Part shown: positions 1 to 8,427 of the stretch, piece after piece | Position numbering within the stretch: the stretch's first letter is position 1 | Layout: each line of letters begins with the position of its first letter | DNA from: a virus | Taxonomy: Duplodnaviria; Caudoviricetes | Virus record (IMG/VR): IMGVR_UViG_3300033146_003306 | Location: 1 to 54,866 of that record | DNA: 54,866 bases | Direction: 5' to 3' (one strand) | The notes under the pieces: generated by a model | Database searches by the model: none | What the model saw: only the letters and a program-made list of their open reading frames with translations | What the model was told of the DNA's origin: nothing | Made by a program: the position numbers and the translations under genes

Positions 1-500
1 GTTGCATGAGAAACAACTTCATGTATCTCTTCTAAGTTTATAATTCCTGCTAAATGTTTTGCAACTTGTCCTGGTCTTTCATCTAAAAGATACGCCTGAT
101 CCTTCTGTGACTGATAATTAACGCTGCCAAAGTTAAATATTCTTGCTATATCGTCTGGTACAGATTTTCCACCTCCTGTTTGTGGCTGATTATTATCGAG
201 ACTATATTCATTAATAGACTTTGATCTTGTTCTCGTAATTATGTGATCATTACCGTTGTTTTTTACGCCGATTTCTATTTTTGCAGCCTTACCCCTGTCA
301 AGCGGTCTATTAATAAACCCTAATGCTCCTTCTGCACTTTTAGGTGTTTCGTTTTCAATCACCATCTTTAATGCTTTTAGTATTTCTGATTTTCCTGTGC
401 TTGATTCACCAATTATTACATTAACTCCTGGATGAAAATCAAAACGCTGATCTACCCATCCCCCGAAATTTTTTAAATGTACATATTTAACTATCTCCAT
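1..500 (-). CDS. SbcC/Rad50-like AAA ATPase (recombination nuclease subunit), runs off the window edge
   Basis: Not in ORF track. Manual translation from ATG at 500: MEIVKYVHLKNFGGWVDQRFDFHPGVNVIIGESSTGKSEILKAL, an SMC/SbcC-type N-terminus with Walker A. Confidence 0.85.
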   Translation of the reverse strand, partial: MEIVKYVHLKNFGGWVDQRFDFHPGVNVIIGESSTGKSEILKALKMVIENETPKSAEGALGFINRPLDRGKAAKIEIGVKNNGNDHIITRTRSKSINEYSLDNNQPQTGGGKSVPDDIARIFNFGSVNYQSQKDQAYLLDERPGQVAKHLAGIINLEEIHEVVSHA

Positions 501-919
501 GATTCATCCCATTTCTGTTTGGTTACTTTTCCTGACCAAAAACACCCCGGTGGTATCTTATTCTTCCGTTCAAAAAAATCAATGATTTCAACTAAGTCGT
601 CTTTCATTTCACTCCAATTTGTATGTTCAATTATTTCAAGTAAAGCCGACACATACGATATTAAATGACGTGGATTTGTATCCCATTTTGTTAATTTTTC
701 AAATTTCTTAAATTTTTGTTGAACAATTTCAGTTTCTTTTTTATTCAATAAAGGCTTCTTTTTAATTTCTTTATAGGCCTTTTTAGATGCATTGTTTGCA
801 AGACCATAAATCCGACTTTTGGTATTAATTCTTATTATGTCTTTAAGAGAAGCAACTAATCCAAGTTCTGACTGGCTTTTTAATTCATTAATGTTCATGT
901 TTGATTTTGCCCTCCCCAC
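491..919 (-). CDS. hypothetical protein
   Basis: 142-aa ORF, co-oriented, overlaps the start of the next gene. Confidence 0.6.
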   Translation of the reverse strand: MGRAKSNMNINELKSQSELGLVASLKDIIRINTKSRIYGLANNASKKAYKEIKKKPLLNKKETEIVQQKFKKFEKLTKWDTNPRHLISYVSALLEIIEHTNWSEMKDDLVEIIDFFERKNKIPPGCFWSGKVTKQKWDESWR

Positions 920-973
920 TATCCCCCATGACTTTTTAAGGATATTGTCATTTATATATTACTTTGTTGTTTT

Positions 974-1531
974 TTATACTCCTATTAATTCAGCATTTTG
1001 TAGTTGATTTAAAATACAGTCTATGAACTGCTCCCATTCCGGCAATTTATGTTCTTTTCTTTGAATAATTATATTCCTCAATACCTTGTAGTTCGTATTG
1101 ATCATTCTTGTTTGAAGAAACCCCTGCGGTAGGTTTTTTGAAACTCCGTCAAAATCACCTGCTAATCTATATCCTTCTACAACATCAAGAATTTTCTGGT
1201 CTACTTTGTTGTGAAACAATTCTGGATTTAACGGTGACCTCATAATTGTATGCATGGTGGATTTACTGAGCTTTGACGTTCCAACTCTATATGTGTCAAT
1301 TTGTTTCCAAAAATCAAGTGTTGCTCGTACAACTATGTGAACTTGAATCTGCTCAAGAAATTTGTTATGTCCGTGATCTCTTCTGCATAATTTAATTGCT
1401 GTTTTCATATGTTTATTGATATCTTCTGCGGTTTGCTGTATTTTACTTATTTCACATTCTTCTTGAAACGAAAATTTCATACCAATTAAAGCCTGTTTTA
1501 GCCCATTTTCACTTACTATTTTTAATTCCAT
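974..1531 (-). CDS. ThyX-like (FAD-dependent thymidylate synthase fold) phage protein
   Basis: GHNKFLE...FWKQIDTYRVG...SKSTMHT...LPQGFLQTR...QRKEHKLPEW, typical of short phage ThyX-like proteins. Confidence 0.7.
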   Translation of the reverse strand: MELKIVSENGLKQALIGMKFSFQEECEISKIQQTAEDINKHMKTAIKLCRRDHGHNKFLEQIQVHIVVRATLDFWKQIDTYRVGTSKLSKSTMHTIMRSPLNPELFHNKVDQKILDVVEGYRLAGDFDGVSKNLPQGFLQTRMINTNYKVLRNIIIQRKEHKLPEWEQFIDCILNQLQNAELIGV

Positions 1532-1592
1532 TTATTTTTTATCCTTTTGTTTAAGTGTTAATACTTAATTAAATTGATTTACAAAAATACTT

Positions 1593-1937
1593 TTATTTAT
1601 TACCTTGTTTTTTATATTCTATATTGTGTTTTTTAATAAACTGAGACGTGGCTTGTCTTGAATTGCTTTTTATTATTTTACCTATTTCTTTCTGAGTCAT
1701 TAATGATGTGTCAAAACGGCCAATTGCTTTTAGTCTTTGCACTGCCATATAATTTAAACTGTGCTGTCTTTTACATTTAAAACCCAACGCCCTTTTTATA
1801 GTAGATATTGCGCTTGTTCCTCTATATCCATATTTTTTCGCAATTTGAGATTGAGTCATGTTTGTAAATACATTATTGTCTTTTTTAAAATCAATTCTTA
1901 ATCTATCAAGTCCTGTCTGCTTTGTTGTTTTTGGCAT
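1593..1937 (-). CDS. putative double-HTH DNA-binding protein
   Basis: two MTQxxIxK HTH-like segments; basic. Confidence 0.5.
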   Translation of the reverse strand: MPKTTKQTGLDRLRIDFKKDNNVFTNMTQSQIAKKYGYRGTSAISTIKRALGFKCKRQHSLNYMAVQRLKAIGRFDTSLMTQKEIGKIIKSNSRQATSQFIKKHNIEYKKQGNK

Positions 1938-2352
1938 TTTTAATTTTATTTCTCCTTTTTTTAATTATCATTTTCTTTTGAAGTTTAGTTTTGAAATCTG
2001 GATGCAATATATATGAAGGATTTGTTTTATTTGACTCCCAATGTTCAACAAGGTTTTTTACAAAATCCTCAAAGCTAATTTCTATATTTTTTAAAAACCT
2101 TTGTTTTGCATTTTTTGTTTTTCCTTCAAACCTATTGCATCCGGCACACAATGCACCTCTTATCATTCCTGTTTCATGATCGTGGTCTAAATGTATTTTA
2201 GAAAAATCATGATCTGAAAAATCAGTTTTGCACAACGGACAAATATAATTTTGTTTTTGCGCAAATTGTTTTTTTGTTTCAGATATTTGTTTTGTAGTTA
2301 TTTGCTTTAATAACGGCTGCTTTTTTGATCTTCTTTTTATGTTTTTACTCAT
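1906..2352 (-). CDS. recombination endonuclease VII (Holliday junction resolvase)
   Basis: CPLC...LDHDHETGMIRGALCAGCNRFEG signature. Confidence 0.9.
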   Translation of the reverse strand: MSKNIKRRSKKQPLLKQITTKQISETKKQFAQKQNYICPLCKTDFSDHDFSKIHLDHDHETGMIRGALCAGCNRFEGKTKNAKQRFLKNIEISFEDFVKNLVEHWESNKTNPSYILHPDFKTKLQKKMIIKKRRNKIKNAKNNKADRT

Positions 2353-3513
2353 TTAAAACACTCTTTTTCTGCCTGTACATAGTTTCTTTTCTCTCGTGTT
2401 CCATGCTTCTTGCGTAAGTGTTCTTAGTTTTTTGATATTATTTTTTGGGTCTTCCCATAGTAAATCAACTAAATCCCTGAATTTAATACTTGTTTTTGAA
2501 AATTCTGTCGCTTTTATTTTTGACGAAGGAGTTACGTTTGTAGATGAACATTCCCACATGTTTTCTGACAAAAACAAACACATACTTTCAATATCGTCTA
2601 TGCCGTACTCAGAATAAATATTAAATGTAATATTTCTCTTTTTTCCGTTAAGGTGATTCTTTTTCATTATTATGTTTGCTGTATTCCCAATCTCAATCTT
2701 GTTTCCATTTATTGTTTGTGTTATTTTTGCCCCCTGCATAACCCTCGCAGAATGAGTTGAATTATAGAAAGGGGATGTACCACCATTAGATGTCCATTTA
2801 TCTTCAAATCGGCTCGCATCCATCTTTTGCGTTAGCTGTTGAACAATAATCAAAACAGAGTTAGTTCCGGCAAGCATATCATTGCATTCGCCTAATATTT
2901 TTCTTATTGTTTTTGCTTTTTCTGCATTGTAACTTTTCTTTATGTCTTTTATTGCTTTTAAATCACCCTCTGCAACTTTAATTGCTTTTTCAATACTTTT
3001 TTCATAATCAGAGTCGGCCTTTAAGGTATCTAATGAGTCGAGTACCTGAATAAAAGGTCTGTTTGTTTTGCATTGTGCAATTATGCTTCCTCCAAACTGT
3101 TGAATTGTTTTAGAAAATCCACCTATCGGCTCTGTTAGCCTTCCTACCAACGAGGGGAATAATTCTTCAAGGTCAAAACTGCCTTTTACTTCTGAGTTAT
3201 TCATTATCAAATCATATTTATCAAACCTTTTATTTGAGGCTGCTTCTGCAAGCCCTGACATTGCAAGGAATGTCTTTCCTGCATCTGATTGTCCCGGCAA
3301 TGTATTTATACTGCCTTTCTTCCATCCTCCCGAAGCATACCCTGAGCATGCAAGATTAAACATCGTTGCACCTGTAGGAACAAGATCTTTTTCTGAAAAC
3401 TTAATTGCCTTCTCATCCATTTGTTCTTTTATATCTTCAAGATTTAACTTTACCTTTTCAGAAACTTCTCCAATCTTTTGCTTGTTTGATTTTCGTGGCT
3501 TTCTTGCTGTCAT
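2353..3513 (-). CDS. RecA/UvsX-like recombinase
   Basis: Walker A GQSDAGKT, VLDSL Walker B, IIVQQL, KKNH and YGID RecA-like segments. Confidence 0.85.
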   Translation of the reverse strand: MTARKPRKSNKQKIGEVSEKVKLNLEDIKEQMDEKAIKFSEKDLVPTGATMFNLACSGYASGGWKKGSINTLPGQSDAGKTFLAMSGLAEAASNKRFDKYDLIMNNSEVKGSFDLEELFPSLVGRLTEPIGGFSKTIQQFGGSIIAQCKTNRPFIQVLDSLDTLKADSDYEKSIEKAIKVAEGDLKAIKDIKKSYNAEKAKTIRKILGECNDMLAGTNSVLIIVQQLTQKMDASRFEDKWTSNGGTSPFYNSTHSARVMQGAKITQTINGNKIEIGNTANIIMKKNHLNGKKRNITFNIYSEYGIDDIESMCLFLSENMWECSSTNVTPSSKIKATEFSKTSIKFRDLVDLLWEDPKNNIKKLRTLTQEAWNTREKKLCTGRKRVF

Positions 3514-3914
3514 TCTCTTCTCCCTATTCTTCTGCCCTTATAAATGCACCTTGTTTGCAAGAACTCTGTCCATCTTTTTTTAGAGTGTTGGAATATGCCC
3601 CCTACCTGAACACCAAGTGCATATTTTTTAGCTAATGTTCTAACTGTCTTGTGTGTGGGCACTCTTTTTTCTCCATACCTCTCTTTATACATTAGTCTTA
3701 CGTCTTTTGTTCCAATTGTTTCATCGTAAAGCTCAAAGTAATTATTATGAGATATTATTTGTTTTTTTATTAACAACTCAATTAATGCCTGGACTGTTGT
3801 TATGTCTCTTTGCTCTCTCATGCCATTAATTTCCTCAGCAATAGCCTCATATACACTGGCTTCTTGCTGAGTCAATTTAGTAGGCGTATACGCAAATATT
3901 TTTTGCCTACTCAT
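3510..3914 (-). CDS. hypothetical protein
   Basis: 134-aa ORF, ATGA-coupled to the recA-like gene. Confidence 0.6.
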   Translation of the reverse strand: MSRQKIFAYTPTKLTQQEASVYEAIAEEINGMREQRDITTVQALIELLIKKQIISHNNYFELYDETIGTKDVRLMYKERYGEKRVPTHKTVRTLAKKYALGVQVGGIFQHSKKRWTEFLQTRCIYKGRRIGRRE

Positions 3915-3919
3915 TATAG

Positions 3920-5005
3920 TTATCTCCTTGGTTTTCTTCTTCCTTTTCTTTGATGGGAAACTTCTTTATGTGTAACGTCTTGGTTTTTTTCTGCTAAAGG
4001 CTGTCTTCTTCCTGGTCTTTCTTGTGTGTCTCCCCACGCAGGGTTATCGTCAATTTCTTCGTCTTGTATGTTACTATCTGTATCATTTATTGGTGGAGCA
4101 GGTATATCATCTTCTTTTTGCTCTGTCTTGTCGATCATTTTTTTTGCAAGCATTTGTTCCATTTCTTCGTATGTATAAATTAACGGTGTAGCTAATTTAT
4201 CAAACTGAACGCACTCAGAAATGCGAGGTGTAAAATCTGTTCCTTCCGGCCTTTTGTCAAACTTAATAACAGGAAATTCAAAATAACCTTTTGTATATAT
4301 ACCTCCTGTAGGAGTATTCCATACGCTATCGAATCTTAGCGTGTACCCTGCTTTTGGATGTGGCCACGGATATACAAAGTTATCTCCTACTTCTGTGTTC
4401 CTTGAACATGTTATGATATTTTTATGAAAAACTGCTCTTGAAACGTCATTTATAACTTCAAGCGCATCGCCTGACGTATCGTGATTATAAATATTTGCCC
4501 ACGTTCTCCATGTTGGCTTTAATGATTTTGCTTTTTCGTCTGCTTCTGGATCACCTTGCTTTCTTTTTTTATATTCCTCAAACATTCTCTGGCAATGAGG
4601 GCATTTTTCTCCAAATGCTTCTCTTAAACAAACTGCGTCCCCCGAGTCTCCGTCTGCGTATCTATGGAACGGTATTTCAAAAAAAGACATTGCGCTACCT
4701 TGCTTTAAATTTCTTTTTTTTGCATATATCTGGCCCGCTTCCCTTTGCTCTTGTGTTGGAGGTGCATGAAGAAGTTTTTCAATCCACGGTTCTGACACAA
4801 TAAAAGGGATTATATCAATTCTGTTTTCCTTTGCATGGCCGAGTGGTATCCATTCTGTTACTTCTATTTCTGCCGCTTCAAAGTCAAACCCTCTTTTTGT
4901 CCCTGCTTCACTTTCTGTGCTTGCTGTTTTTTCTAAACCCATGTCAGAAACAGTTTCCACCATGTCACAAAAAGCATTTTCAAGCATTGCTAACTGATCA
5001 TTCAT
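3920..5005 (-). CDS. single-stranded DNA-binding protein (T4 gp32-like)
   Basis: H...C...CPHC Zn motif, acidic C-terminal tail, position between UvsY-like and RecA-like genes. Confidence 0.65.
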   Translation of the reverse strand: MNDQLAMLENAFCDMVETVSDMGLEKTASTESEAGTKRGFDFEAAEIEVTEWIPLGHAKENRIDIIPFIVSEPWIEKLLHAPPTQEQREAGQIYAKKRNLKQGSAMSFFEIPFHRYADGDSGDAVCLREAFGEKCPHCQRMFEEYKKRKQGDPEADEKAKSLKPTWRTWANIYNHDTSGDALEVINDVSRAVFHKNIITCSRNTEVGDNFVYPWPHPKAGYTLRFDSVWNTPTGGIYTKGYFEFPVIKFDKRPEGTDFTPRISECVQFDKLATPLIYTYEEMEQMLAKKMIDKTEQKEDDIPAPPINDTDSNIQDEEIDDNPAWGDTQERPGRRQPLAEKNQDVTHKEVSHQRKGRRKPRR

Positions 5006-5092
5006 TATTTATTTTCCTTTTTTATGTAATTTTAAATATTATTTATTTTACTTATAATAAAAAAACAAAAGACAAACCAAAATATTATTGAC

Positions 5093-5263
5093 TTAACTAT
5101 CTTTTTTGTCCTTGTCTTTTAACAAATCACCAAATAAATTAACGCTGGCTCTCGTTTTTCCTATGATACACGCATTATACGCCACAACGACCAGTACGCA
5201 TATCCATATTGGCAATGCTACGTAAAGCCCAAATAACTTTATAAAAACAGTAAATACCTCCAT
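5093..5263 (-). CDS. small membrane protein
   Basis: ATG after AGGAG; MEVFTVFIKLFGLYVALPIWICVLVVVAY hydrophobic helix. Confidence 0.55.
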   Translation of the reverse strand: MEVFTVFIKLFGLYVALPIWICVLVVVAYNACIIGKTRASVNLFGDLLKDKDKKDS

Positions 5264-5264
5264 T

Positions 5265-5879
5265 TTAAATTCTTCTCCTCTTTCTCTTTGTTTTGACTGT
5301 GGATGTGCTATCAATTGCTTTTTCTTCCGTTTTTTTTAATTTTTCCTGGTCTTCTGTTTCTACTTTTACGTCAGCAAGGACATCACTACTGATGTCATCA
5401 ATATCCAACACATGCCTTGATTCTGCTGATTCTGTTGACTCAAAATAATTTGATAATGCCAACGCAACAGCGTCTTTTATAAGCCATTTTTTATCCTCCA
5501 TTATCTTTTGCATACTCTCGTATAAATTAAGCTCGTTTTCTGCATGTATCAATGCATCAACAACAGAAATATAGTCGCTGTGCAACCTATAGTATACCTC
5601 TGCTTTTTTATCTGTGTATTTCGCTGTTTTTGGATCGCACAATGAAGGGTCTGACACGCAATCAAGCATTAATTGTGAGCGTGTTTGCTTTTTTAATTCA
5701 TGTAGTTGGTCAGTAATCTTCTGTAATTTTGCCCTTTCTTTATTATATTTAAAGCAAAGGTCGCCATTCAACTGTATTTCTGAATGAAGGTTATTGATGT
5801 CAATCAATCTATCCTTTGTGACATCAATGTCAGAGCATATGTCTACCGTGTTATATATCTTGTCTATTTTACTTTGCAT
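5265..5879 (-). CDS. UvsY-like recombination mediator
   Basis: coiled-coil, KYTDKKAEVYYRLHSDY, YF near the C-terminus, synteny with SSB/RecA. Confidence 0.55.
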   Translation of the reverse strand: MQSKIDKIYNTVDICSDIDVTKDRLIDINNLHSEIQLNGDLCFKYNKERAKLQKITDQLHELKKQTRSQLMLDCVSDPSLCDPKTAKYTDKKAEVYYRLHSDYISVVDALIHAENELNLYESMQKIMEDKKWLIKDAVALALSNYFESTESAESRHVLDIDDISSDVLADVKVETEDQEKLKKTEEKAIDSTSTVKTKRKRRRI

Positions 5880-5969
5880 TTTTTATTTTCCTTTTTTTTG
5901 CGCAGAACGTCATTTTTTTTACTGCATTTTCAGGCAATATAATTTCTGTTGTCACTTATTTTACTTTAA

Positions 5970-6149
5970 TCATTTTGTTTCCTTTAATGCCTGTCCACAT
6001 TTTTTATATATTTCTGATAGCTCGTCAAAAAAATCTTTTTTTAATATGCTTTTGAACACATGATGAATATATTTGGTTTGTCTTGCGTCCTTGTTAGTGA
6101 CCATTCCGGGGGGTTCTATTATTACACCTTTTTTGAATAATTCGTTCAT
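5970..6149 (-). CDS. hypothetical protein
   Basis: ATG at 6149 after AAGGAG. Confidence 0.5.
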   Translation of the reverse strand: MNELFKKGVIIEPPGMVTNKDARQTKYIHHVFKSILKKDFFDELSEIYKKCGQALKETK

Positions 6150-6150
6150 T

Positions 6151-6477
6151 CTAATCTCCTTTGGACGGCGAATCTGCATCGTATATTCTTGTAGCCGCTT
6201 CTTCCTGTTGCGGCTACAGGTTTATGGCTCAACTCTATTATAGGTGGACAAAAAGAAACCTTGTCTATTTGGATAGCATAAAAAACCTGACACCCTGCAA
6301 CTGTCATTTCTCCAATTTTGACATACCAATTAGTCGATCTTGAATTAGTTTTTACGCCTAATTCTTTTTCTGCGTCTGTTATGGCACTTACCGTTCCATA
6401 TATCGCTTTGTATTGTTCTCTGTCATGCCCAAAAGCCAATCGCTTGTTGTTATCAAATATCTCTTTTCAACTTCCAT
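6151..6477 (-). pseudogene. conserved phage hypothetical gene with two frameshifts
   Basis: MEVEKRYLITTSDWLLG / HDREQYKAIYGTV...STNWYVKIGEMTVAGCQVFYA / EAATRIYDAD; the middle segment is out of frame with both ends. Confidence 0.65.
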
Positions 6478-6492
6478 TATTTTCTCCTTTTT

Positions 6493-7050
6493 TTATTCTA
6501 CAAAGGCAAATTCATACAGTTTTTCTTTGAATTTGTGTCCCTGTCTTCTACAAGGGTAATATTTTATGTATTTCTTCATGCATTTTTTTAAATTTTTTTG
6601 TTTTCTTGTTTTTTTGTTATCTTTGTTATCTGAAAGCTCAAGTATGTTGCCTGAATATTCCTTAGAGTATACATATCCTTGTTTTGTATATGCTATGTGC
6701 TGACACGTTAACGAAAATTGTGATATAAGTTCAACAGAATCAGTTATTTTCGTAAACAAAATATCTATGTTTATTGATCTGTATCTTGCCTTTATTAATA
6801 AATCAAAACTACCTATATCATAATTCTCTGTTCTATGCGTGCTATTCACTATCTCTAAGCCAATAATTCCTGATAATTTCCTCCTTACATAAGCACTTTC
6901 ATTTATAGAAATCCCTATAAATGCAAAATCAACATCCTTTGATTCATCGCTTACAAGAGACCTTCCAATAATAACGGTCTCGTGAATCTTATTTAACTCC
7001 TTAAATAATTCTTTTACTTCTTGTCTAATTGCAATCACTTTAACCTCCAT
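6493..7050 (-). CDS. nucleotidyltransferase-like protein
   Basis: IIGRS...KDVDF (hG-S..DxD) and third Asp in IDILF. Confidence 0.5.
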   Translation of the reverse strand: MEVKVIAIRQEVKELFKELNKIHETVIIGRSLVSDESKDVDFAFIGISINESAYVRRKLSGIIGLEIVNSTHRTENYDIGSFDLLIKARYRSINIDILFTKITDSVELISQFSLTCQHIAYTKQGYVYSKEYSGNILELSDNKDNKKTRKQKNLKKCMKKYIKYYPCRRQGHKFKEKLYEFAFVE

Positions 7051-7057
7051 TTTTTAA

Positions 7058-8044
7058 TTAACCTAACATACATACATACCTGACCGCCGTTATCAATGCG
7101 TAGATACGTGAGTCATGCATAGGGTGTTTTAACTGCTCTATGCATGCATGCGCCCTTGCTATCTTTTTGTTATCTGTTTCGTTTAACACTACCGCCGCCA
7201 TATATCCCATAATTGGGAATCTTACTGACTCTGCGTCAACTTTGTTCTTTTTCATTACTATTAATTGCTTTGCGCATTCAGTCCAATTTTTATTTAGCAT
7301 TGACTGACATAGTTTTTTTATGTCTTCTGAAACCTGCTCTTCGTCATTGGGAGTATTGTTTAAATAAGAAATCATTTCTTCCGGTGTATTTAACCCAATA
7401 ATTGTTTCGAGGTTCTTGTACATATTTGCCGGAACACCGTTTGAAATATCGAGAATTTTATCAATAACTGTATCAGGAAGCTGTTCTTCTGGCACATCAA
7501 ATCTTGTCAATGCATTGATGATCATGTTATATCCGTCTGTATCGTCAATTTTATTAACCCTTAGTTCTAAGCACCTCCTTAAGAATGCTTTTCTTTCTTC
7601 CCCTGTAAATTTTTTTAAAAAACCTGACTTGTCAGACGTGCAAAATATAAAATAATTAAAATCAGGAGCATCTTCCAACGGCTTTAACAGTCCTGATATT
7701 GTATTTGCATTTGCCTTATGAGACTCATCAAACAACCATCCGTTTGACCTCCCTATGCCCGGCATAAAATTTATCTGCTTTTCAACCTTTCTCGCTGTTT
7801 CTATGCCCCCTTGCGTTCCCATATTAAACTCTTTTAAACATTCTTTTGCACAACCGACTGTTTTTAAAATAATCCTTGCTATAGTTGTTTTTCCACTACC
7901 CGGCTCTCCTTCAATTAAAATCGCTTTTGGCATTGTAGATGCTGTTTTTGACAATATAATTTTTTTTATATCTGGATTTCCAAAAACATCGTCAATTGTT
8001 TTTGGTCTCATTTCGAGAGCAATGTTCTTAATATTTTTTTTCAA
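7058..8044 (-). CDS. clamp loader, DNA Pol III gamma/tau-like AAA+ ATPase
   Basis: RPKTIDDVFG, GEPGSGKTTIAR, DESH, LLKPLED, RRC. Confidence 0.9.
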   Translation of the reverse strand: MKKNIKNIALEMRPKTIDDVFGNPDIKKIILSKTASTMPKAILIEGEPGSGKTTIARIILKTVGCAKECLKEFNMGTQGGIETARKVEKQINFMPGIGRSNGWLFDESHKANANTISGLLKPLEDAPDFNYFIFCTSDKSGFLKKFTGEERKAFLRRCLELRVNKIDDTDGYNMIINALTRFDVPEEQLPDTVIDKILDISNGVPANMYKNLETIIGLNTPEEMISYLNNTPNDEEQVSEDIKKLCQSMLNKNWTECAKQLIVMKKNKVDAESVRFPIMGYMAAVVLNETDNKKIARAHACIEQLKHPMHDSRIYALITAVRYVCMLG

Positions 8045-8045
8045 T

Positions 8046-8327
8046 TTAACCTTCCTTTATTTTGTAATCAATATCTATTTTCATTTCTTCCATAAATCTA
8101 TCCTCGATCATCCCGTTGTAAAATGTATCAAGCGACCTCCTATAAGTTTTTATTATTTTCATTTTTTCTTCTTGCGTTTCATATTTAATATAAACAATTA
8201 CTTTTCCATCAGGAGAAGATAGATATGCTTTTTCTGACTCTTGCAATATATTTGATTTTATCTTGTCGATGTCGCATCCGGTTATGAACACCATTATAAT
8301 CAATACTAATATAAATTTTGTTTTCAT
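8046..8327 (-). CDS. lipoprotein
   Basis: signal peptide with lipobox ITGC. Confidence 0.7.
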   Translation of the reverse strand: MKTKFILVLIIMVFITGCDIDKIKSNILQESEKAYLSSPDGKVIVYIKYETQEEKMKIIKTYRRSLDTFYNGMIEDRFMEEMKIDIDYKIKEG

Positions 8328-8427
8328 TTTAATTTCCTTTATTTATTATTTACGTTACTTTACTATTTTTTTGTTTTGAGTTTGTCGTTCTGGTACGTAT
8401 ACTAAATTTAGTCAATAAATAAAATAT

